Assembly (NCBI GenBank): GCA_033442325.1
Contig: JAWQFM010000009.1
Coordinates: 1,688,178-1,752,177 of the forward strand
Length of the DNA: 64,000 bases
DNA from: Salpingoeca rosetta
Lineage: Eukaryota > Protista > Choanoflagellata
Direction: 5' to 3'
A model generated the notes under the pieces. The model did no database searches. It was not told the DNA's origin and saw nothing but the letters and a program-made list of their open reading frames with translations. Position numbers and translations under genes: made by a program. Each line of letters opens with the position of its first letter. The stretch's first letter is position 1. Shown here piece after piece: positions 56,520-64,000 of this stretch.

Positions 56520-59500
56520 TCACAGCTCTCCAACACAGGCCTCTCCCTGATCATGTGTTGTGACAAACGAGGAGAGTATTACAGTGAGCGTGCATGCGGC
56601 CACCAATCAATGCAACAAATAAAGCAAACACGCGGTCACACAATCACAAGTGCATGTACGTGCACCGACACAAGTGCACAAAAAAATGCAAGCAATCAAA
56701 AACAAACGCACAGCACAAACAAGCAAACACACAAGAGCAAACACAAAAGCACACAAACACACAAACAAACACAAACACGGGGCAGCACCTCATAGCAGAG
56801 ATCGCCGGAGCGCATGGAGTTTCCGAGAACGCGCGTGAGGCGGTGGAGGTTTTGCCACCACGTGTGCCTGAACGAAGGCGGAGGGTGGGTGACGGTTGGT
56901 GTGTGGTGTCAGAAACAATGAATGGGCGTGAATATGGTCTGGGGACAGGGTGAAAGGTGTGGCATGTGAAGATTGAAAGGACACAAACGGAACTAATAGC
57001 GCATCGCTCACACGCGCATTCGTTGAAACACGTGCATGGACACGGTCTTCAAATCAGTCCCAAGTCAACCCATATTCAGCCACTGACTTGTTGGTGCGGA
57101 GAGCAACGTCCGTGATTGGCTCCAGTTGCTGTTGTGCCGCAGAACAAGCCAAGCAGGGAGGATAGGAAGGATAGGAAGGATAGGGAGGATAGGGAGGATA
57201 GGCCCATGAAAACGCATAAGGAGTTGTGAGATCAGGAACACAGCAACCTACTCTCCAAAGCCGACGTACAAACCAAGCAACCACGTGCAAGGCATCATGT
57301 GTGTGTGTGATGTGTGTGGGTCGAACCTCAAAAGCGGTGGCCGTGCGAGCGCTGTCGTGTGTCCCAATGACAGCGGCACTGGAGCAGGGGACGATTAGAG
57401 GATGTGAGACAGGCGACTGAGTACGCGATCACACGCAGATGCACATGCGCATGCACGCGCACATGTTCGCGTCCACCAACACGTACATGCACGCGCAGAT
57501 GCATATGCACACACGAACACTCACAAACGCAAACGCGCGTGCATGACAGGACGAACCTCTCTGGTGAGTTGGTGGAGACGACGCCGTTCTCGTCCACGTT
57601 CTCCGTCATGTGCTGCAGCAGGAACTGCACACAGCTCGCCCCGAGCCGGCAGCCGTACACGCGGTCGAGCGGGGAGGGGGTCCCACCCTGTTGCGCAAAC
57701 AGGAGGTGATGGTGAGCAGAGCGAATGAAGGCGGTTGAATGTGTTACCCGCGTGGATACATCGAGGTTAGCACACAAACATGCGCACACCCGCGCGCAAC
57801 AACAACAACAAAACAAACCCTCAAGCCGTACTGACAAACACATGTGATCACCAACACCCTGGACAACTGTGCTGCACCTGCTGCAAGTGCCCGAGAATGA
57901 CAGATCGCACGGAAAACGCCGTATCGTCCTTCGTCTCCGGCTTTCCTTCCTCATCAAGAACTGGCAACACAGCAGGCATGTCGTGTGAGTACATGTGTGT
58001 GTGTACAAGTGTGTGTGTGTGTGTATGTAGGGTGTCGACAAATTACTCTTGGTTTGGAATGAGGTGACCACATTACAGCATGCGTCGGTGTTGCTCAATG
58101 TCTCTTCCTCCTCCTGCTCTCGCCAGTCACCTTTGCTGAGGAATTGGGTGTCATAGTTTTGGCTGCTCCGCTCGCTGCGCACAATCACCGCACACGACAG
58201 CTCCTGTGTTGGTGCATGCGGCAGACAAAGAATTGTCAAGTGGCAGGAAGGGGAGTGGCAGACAGTGAGCGGCATGCAATTGACACACGAGCAGTATCAA
58301 GCCCAGCAGTACGCAGCAATACACGCACACACACAAACAAAGGTCCACACGCACTCACACGCGCACTCACACGCGCACTCACACACAGGTCCACACACTC
58401 ACACACGCGCGCGCTCACACAGGTCCACACACACGCCCACACGCCGCTTTCTACATCACGCTTGCCACAACTGTAACGACATTGATGATGGCTGCACCTT
58501 GAACTTGCGATGTAGGTTTGCAATGTCTGCAGAGATGTGGCGAAGGCGCACGCCCTCTTCACGGATGTACGCGACTGCATGGGCAAGCACATTGCGAAAG
58601 GGAGGTGAGCAAGGTGACCTTGATAGTGGTGATGAAGCACGTGTAGCGAGGCATCGCTGTGAGACATTGCAAAACCATGAGAGACTGCAAATCACAGACT
58701 GGACCAGGTTTACACACGCACACAGACACACGCACACGCACACGGACACACACGTCTGTGTGCATGCATGCAAGCAACACATGCCCGGGCGATGACTCAC
58801 TGTCGGCGCCGCCTGCGAGCGCGCCGATGGAGGCGAGGAAGCCGCAGTTGTGACCCTGCGTCTCAACAATAAACACGCGCCTAACACAGTGGCATCGTGA
58901 CATCATGGCATTGTGGCATTGTGACATTGTGGCAGCGGTACGGGGCGGTCACGGATGGTATGCACACGACCAACAACAACAACAATCAACACGAAAGGAC
59001 TGTTGTACAGCACCACTCACAAGGTTCATGGCGGGCACCATCATCATCATCATCAACAACAACATTCCGACCACCACCACCATCAACAACAACAACACGT
59101 CGACTACGACCACCACCACCATCACCACCATCACCACCATTCCTGATCTCTGCCGCACCTGCGGGAGGAGCGAGCGGACTGCTTGACGCAATCGATGGCG
59201 CCGACAATCGTGTTGAGCGCCGTGTCCGACCCAAGACTCGTCGTGGTGCCCGGCACGTTGTTGCTGATGGTCGCCGGGACAAGCGTCAGTGGAATGCGGA
59301 ACTCAGGGAACTCATCACGCGACTTGAACAGGTGCGTCATGGCGGCGTAGCCCTCAAACCCGCCAATGCACACCATGGCCTGCGCACATGGTGTGGTGTC
59401 ATCCGTGCGTGCGTGTGCGTGTGTGTGTGTGTGTATGTGTGTGTGTGTGTGCATGCGTGTGTCAGAGAGATGCGGAGATATTTCCATCACGGCCAGCATG

Positions 59501-59668
59501 TGTTCAACATCATGCAACAATGATCAGGACAGCAACACGACTCACGTGGATGTTGTACTTCTTGAGCGTGGCCGCCACCTTCGTCAGACCATCCGGAACA
59601 TCAGACGGGAGCAAGCGCTCAGCACCGAGGTTGCACCCGCCCTGCGAGGCCCACCTGATTCGTGATGT

Positions 59669-59713
<45 letters not shown>

Positions 59714-59731
59714 GTGTGCGTGTGTGTGTGC

Positions 59732-59787
<56 letters not shown>

Positions 59788-59788
59788 G

Positions 59789-59833
<45 letters not shown>

Positions 59834-60283
59834 TGACGATGAGCATGAGGATGATGAGGACGAACGAGATCACGGTGTATGTCAACTAAACCCCTTCCCT
59901 CCCTCCCTGTACACGCACACGAAAGCACTTCTCACCCCTTGACGGTCTGCCACTCCAGAGGGATGATGTCATCATCAAAGATGCTGTGTGAAAGAACAGT
60001 GCATTGGTGAAGTGACGTGAGGGAGCGCCGTCCGAGATGCACACACACACGCACACGCACACGCACACGCACACGCACACGCACACGCACACGCACACGC
60101 ACACGCAAATGTGCACACACAGGCAATGCAAAAAGGGATGCACGCACCCCATGAAGCCGCCCCGCGCGCCGTACACCTTATGACCGCCGTTGAGAAAGTC
60201 GCGGGTGATGGCTTTTGCACACGCGTTCATGCCCGCAGCGGGAGCACCCGTGTGGAACACGAGCACGTTGAACACATGCTGTT

Positions 60284-60323
<40 letters not shown>

Positions 60324-63300
60324 CAGCAGCACACGAGTTGGTGGTGGTGGTCGATGCAACATGACGTTCGCGTTGGTGAGCGGGTGCAACAATGCGCACA
60401 CATTTGTACGCGTGAACCAAACATGTTGCACAAACGACGAATACACACGCAAATCCACACACACGCAAACATACATACACACACACACATACATACGCAT
60501 ACACACATGCACACGCGCGCACTGCACACCTTTGGAGGCTCGTCCATGTGGTGCTGGCGAATGCGCAGGAAAATGTTGAGTTCCTGGCGGAAAACAGGTC
60601 CTCTCAGTTCGCGAACTTTCTCAAACGCGCGATTGTCCAGTTCCGTGCCAACCTGACGCAAGGCGAGCAGGGTTTGTGGAGGCGAGTGAAGGAATGAACA
60701 CAAGATACACATACAACCGCCCCGAGCACACGCCGAGACAAGCGTGGGGAGTGATTTGTCTCTGCCGTGCAACGTCAAGAAACACACGCACACACGTGCA
60801 CGACAAGGTAAACCGCAACACAACTCAACGACAACAACAACACCACCACCACCACCACGATGACTGTTCTCCCTGGTCTGCACCTGTCGCGTTTGCTCTA
60901 CGGCCTCCGTCAGGTCCAGCTGTCAACGATGGACAACACGAGACGACAAGGGGCGGCAGCAGTGACGCGAGGAGTGGGAAGAAGTGACACATGAATGACG
61001 GGGATACAAGACCACAGACAAAGTGAGAGGTTGTTTAAACGAGTCATTGGCACCTTGAAACTTCGCAAAAGGAAACACAGGGGAAAGGCACGTGCGTGCA
61101 CTCGAATGCGTGCAAGCACGTGCCGGGCGTGTCCGTACCTGCACAATCCTGTTACCCTGCGCCCCAATGATGCGAGCTGGTGTTTCGGGCGTTGCGTTGA
61201 GCACAGCAAGCGCCGCCTCCGCGCCGCACCGCGTGGCCTGCAGGTGTGTGTGTGTGTGTTTTGTGTGTGTGTGTTTTGTGTGTGTGTGTGTGCAACTATC
61301 GACACATACAGAAAAACGCATATTGTAACACCAACTCGTCAGCGCATCATGGGCCAAATCAACCCATCCCCATCAGGCACCCCTCCACCACGCCACCGGC
61401 CGCCACATACAAGAATGCGGTCGAATGCGGACGGCGCACCCCCGCGCTGGACGTGCCCGAGCGTCGTCACGCGCGTGTCGTGACCGAGGTTGTCGCAGCA
61501 CACCTGATTGCACACGCGCACATATACAGCAGCCACCCGCACCGCGTAAGGTGCACGTCCCTTGGAGACACGCGTGCGCATATACCACACCAACAACAGA
61601 AGCACAAACACACAGAAGATACACATACACGTACAGCTTCACACAAAGATGCACACCCGCGTGTGCGGGAGCAGTGCAGCACCTGCTTGACAATGTCGGC
61701 CGTGATGGGATTGCGGTGGATGTCGGTGGCGCCCTCAGCCAGGATGATCAGAGAGAAGTTTGTGTACCTGCAGCCCAACACCATGCGCGTGGTGAGCAAG
61801 GCGATGATGTCTGCGTGCGCGCGTGTCTGTGTGCGTGTGTGTGTGTGTGTCTGTGTGTCTGTGTGTGTCTGTGTGTGTCTGTGTGTGTGTGTGTGTGTGT
61901 CTCTGTCTGTGTGTGTGTCTGTGTCTGTGTGTGTGTGTGTGTTTCTCGTACGCAAAAGGAGCAAGTGTAATGTAAGTTCAAGCATGTGTGTGTTTGTGTG
62001 TGTGTTCAGACCTGCGTCGCCTGAGGAGGGAGTCGCACATGGCGGCCTTCCAATCCTCCACTGGTGGCGGGTGCTCCGGCACCAGCACAAAGTCGGCGCC
62101 GCACGCGAGCGCAGCCATGAGGGCGAGGAACCCGCAGTTGCGGCCCATCACCTCCACGATGAACGTCCGCTGGTGGCTCATCGCAGTCCTGGTGGTTGGA
62201 GGAGTGAGGAAGGTGGGGATAAGAGAAGATGGGGCTGGTGTTGAGGCAGGTGGCAATCATAATTGTACACACACACACACGCGCGCACACACACACACGC
62301 ACGCACGCACGCACGCGCGTTCACACTCTGGTGCTCACGTGGTGAGGGCGTCGACGGCTTCGCAGATGCGATGAAGTGCAGAGTCGCAGCCGATGGTCAT
62401 TGAAAACCCGCACATGTCGTTGTCAATAGAGCCAACCTGTGATACGCACACGCACGCACAACACATACACGCACAGACAGAGTAAGGACGAGACGTGGAT
62501 CTTAACATCAACCTTGAGCTTGTCACGCACGCACTCACATACATACATACATGCATGCATGCATGCATGCATGCGCAAGCAATTCAAGGGTGTGCACACC
62601 ATGCCCATGAGGGAGAGGAACTTGTGCTCCTCAAACTGCTGCTCCGTGATGGTGCCTTCCTCCTTCAGTTCGGCGAGGAAATCCGGCCACTCCTGCTTGA
62701 ACACATGCGCGCCCGTCAGCGTGCCATCGCCGCCAATCGCAATCTGCAGCCAATCAATGTAGCACGGCAGTGGTGCAGGGGGGGGTGTAGAGGTGTGGTG
62801 GTGGTGGTGGTCATGTGGTGGTCACGTCAAAGAAAGAAGCACAAACAAAACAAGCAAGCTATCATACCAGCTTGAGAAGCAACCATGCACACACGCACGC
62901 ACACGCACGCACACGCACACGCGCACGCACACGCACACGCACGCACACACGCACACGCACACGCATACAAGGTCACAGCATGAGCATGAATACACGGCTG
63001 TACCCACCAACCCAGATGATTGAAGGCAGTGGATGCACTTACGAGGCAGTTGATGTCGTACTTGACGAGATTCTGGGCAGCCTGCTTGCGGCCCTCCCGC
63101 GTGCGGAATTCCTTGCACCGCGCACTGCCAATCACCGTGCCGCCCTTGGCCACGACGAAGCGTCAACGGTAGTGACGGAAGTGTTGGGTGTTGATGGTGG
63201 TGGTGGTGGTGGCGATTATGGTGATGGTAATGGCGATGTTGATGGTAATGGCAAAAGTGGTGATGGCGGTGAATGTGAAAGTGGTGGTGATGGTGAGCGA

Positions 63301-63880
63301 GCGACAATCACGAGGGTGATGCTCGTTTGTGAATGATGTGAAGTGGGAATGGAACGGGACACAATTATCCAGCACGTCATTCACCACTACAGCTGCATGC
63401 ACGCATGCACGCACACTTTTTACCTTCTGCATGATGTCACCGATGCTAGCCCACGTCAGCTTCTCAATCATGTCGCCGCCTTCAACCATGCCTTGGTAAC
63501 CCTGATGACAACAGCAAAAAACAACAACAACAGCGACAAGATGTCATCCACAAGACATGAGCACGCACGAAAATGCAATCACCACACGATACAACAAGCT
63601 TCACGTTGAACGGCGGTTGCCATCCGTTGACCACAATCCCAAAGCAGACGCACGTGCATCAAGGTAGATGGTGCATGCCAAGCGCGTGCACGTACGTACG
63701 CAGTGGATGGCGTAGACGTTGACGCCGTATTGCAGGCAGACGCCAGCAGCAGCGCGCACAGCCGCGTTCATGCCCTGGGCATCGCCACCGCTTGTGAAGA
63801 TGGCCACATTCTTTGGGTTCTCGCTCGCAGGCGTACTTGGCCACGGGTTTGGCGACGTTTCGTGCGTCACCACAGGCTCC
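56520..63880 (-). CDS. PFK: ATP-dependent 6-phosphofructokinase, eukaryotic two-domain type (5' exon(s) probably outside the window)
   Basis: [60 protein letters not shown] in the catalytic half; [23 protein letters not shown]|[10 protein letters not shown] in the regulatory half; and C-terminal RTNK|[14 protein letters not shown]. The final exon is tentative. Confidence 0.95.
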
Positions 63881-64000
63881 TGCATCACGTGTGAAATGAG
63901 AGAGAGAGAGAGAGCGATTGTGTGCACGCGTGTGTACGAGTGTGTGTGTGTATGTGTATGAGTGTGTGTGTGTGTGTATGAGTGTGAGTGTGAGTGTGTA

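Noticed and set aside
57025-57110. PFK ending at '[10 protein letters not shown]' (ORF track)
   Set aside because: A GTCAGT donor after RTN(K) joins to [14 protein letters not shown] at ~56866, which matches the conserved PFK C-terminal WW motif.

Overview
Intron-rich eukaryotic genomic DNA with (TG)n/(CA)n microsatellites in most introns and CAA-encoded poly-Q/N tracts. This style suggests a choanoflagellate such as Salpingoeca rosetta (inference, not verified). Most entries in the ORF track are microsatellite artefacts, so genes were rebuilt by splicing exons by eye. Left to right: the 5' end of a DNA ligase IV-like gene (-); a large, roughly 28-exon LRR-ANK-Roc-COR-TIR-SAM-CaaX gene (+); a tRNA-Ser(GCT) plus a 5'-truncated copy (-); PEX11 (+); a universal stress protein (+); MMS19 (-); DBR1 (+, 3' end missing); frataxin (-, 3' end missing); BTBD10/KCTD20 (-); a DUF4211/CCDC82-like protein (+); a RAP-domain protein (-); TRAPPC10 (+); and 6-phosphofructokinase (-). 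Two things stand out. (1) The tRNA-Ser(GCT) is split at position 59/60 of the T-loop by a 53-nt intron whose ends form an archaeal-type bulge-helix-loop splicing motif, and removing it restores a perfect 82-nt tRNA. (2) The ROCO-TIR gene builds its LRR region from phase-symmetric 84-nt exon cassettes that show recent duplication and mosaicism, which makes it a candidate diversifiable, membrane-anchored innate immune receptor/NADase.
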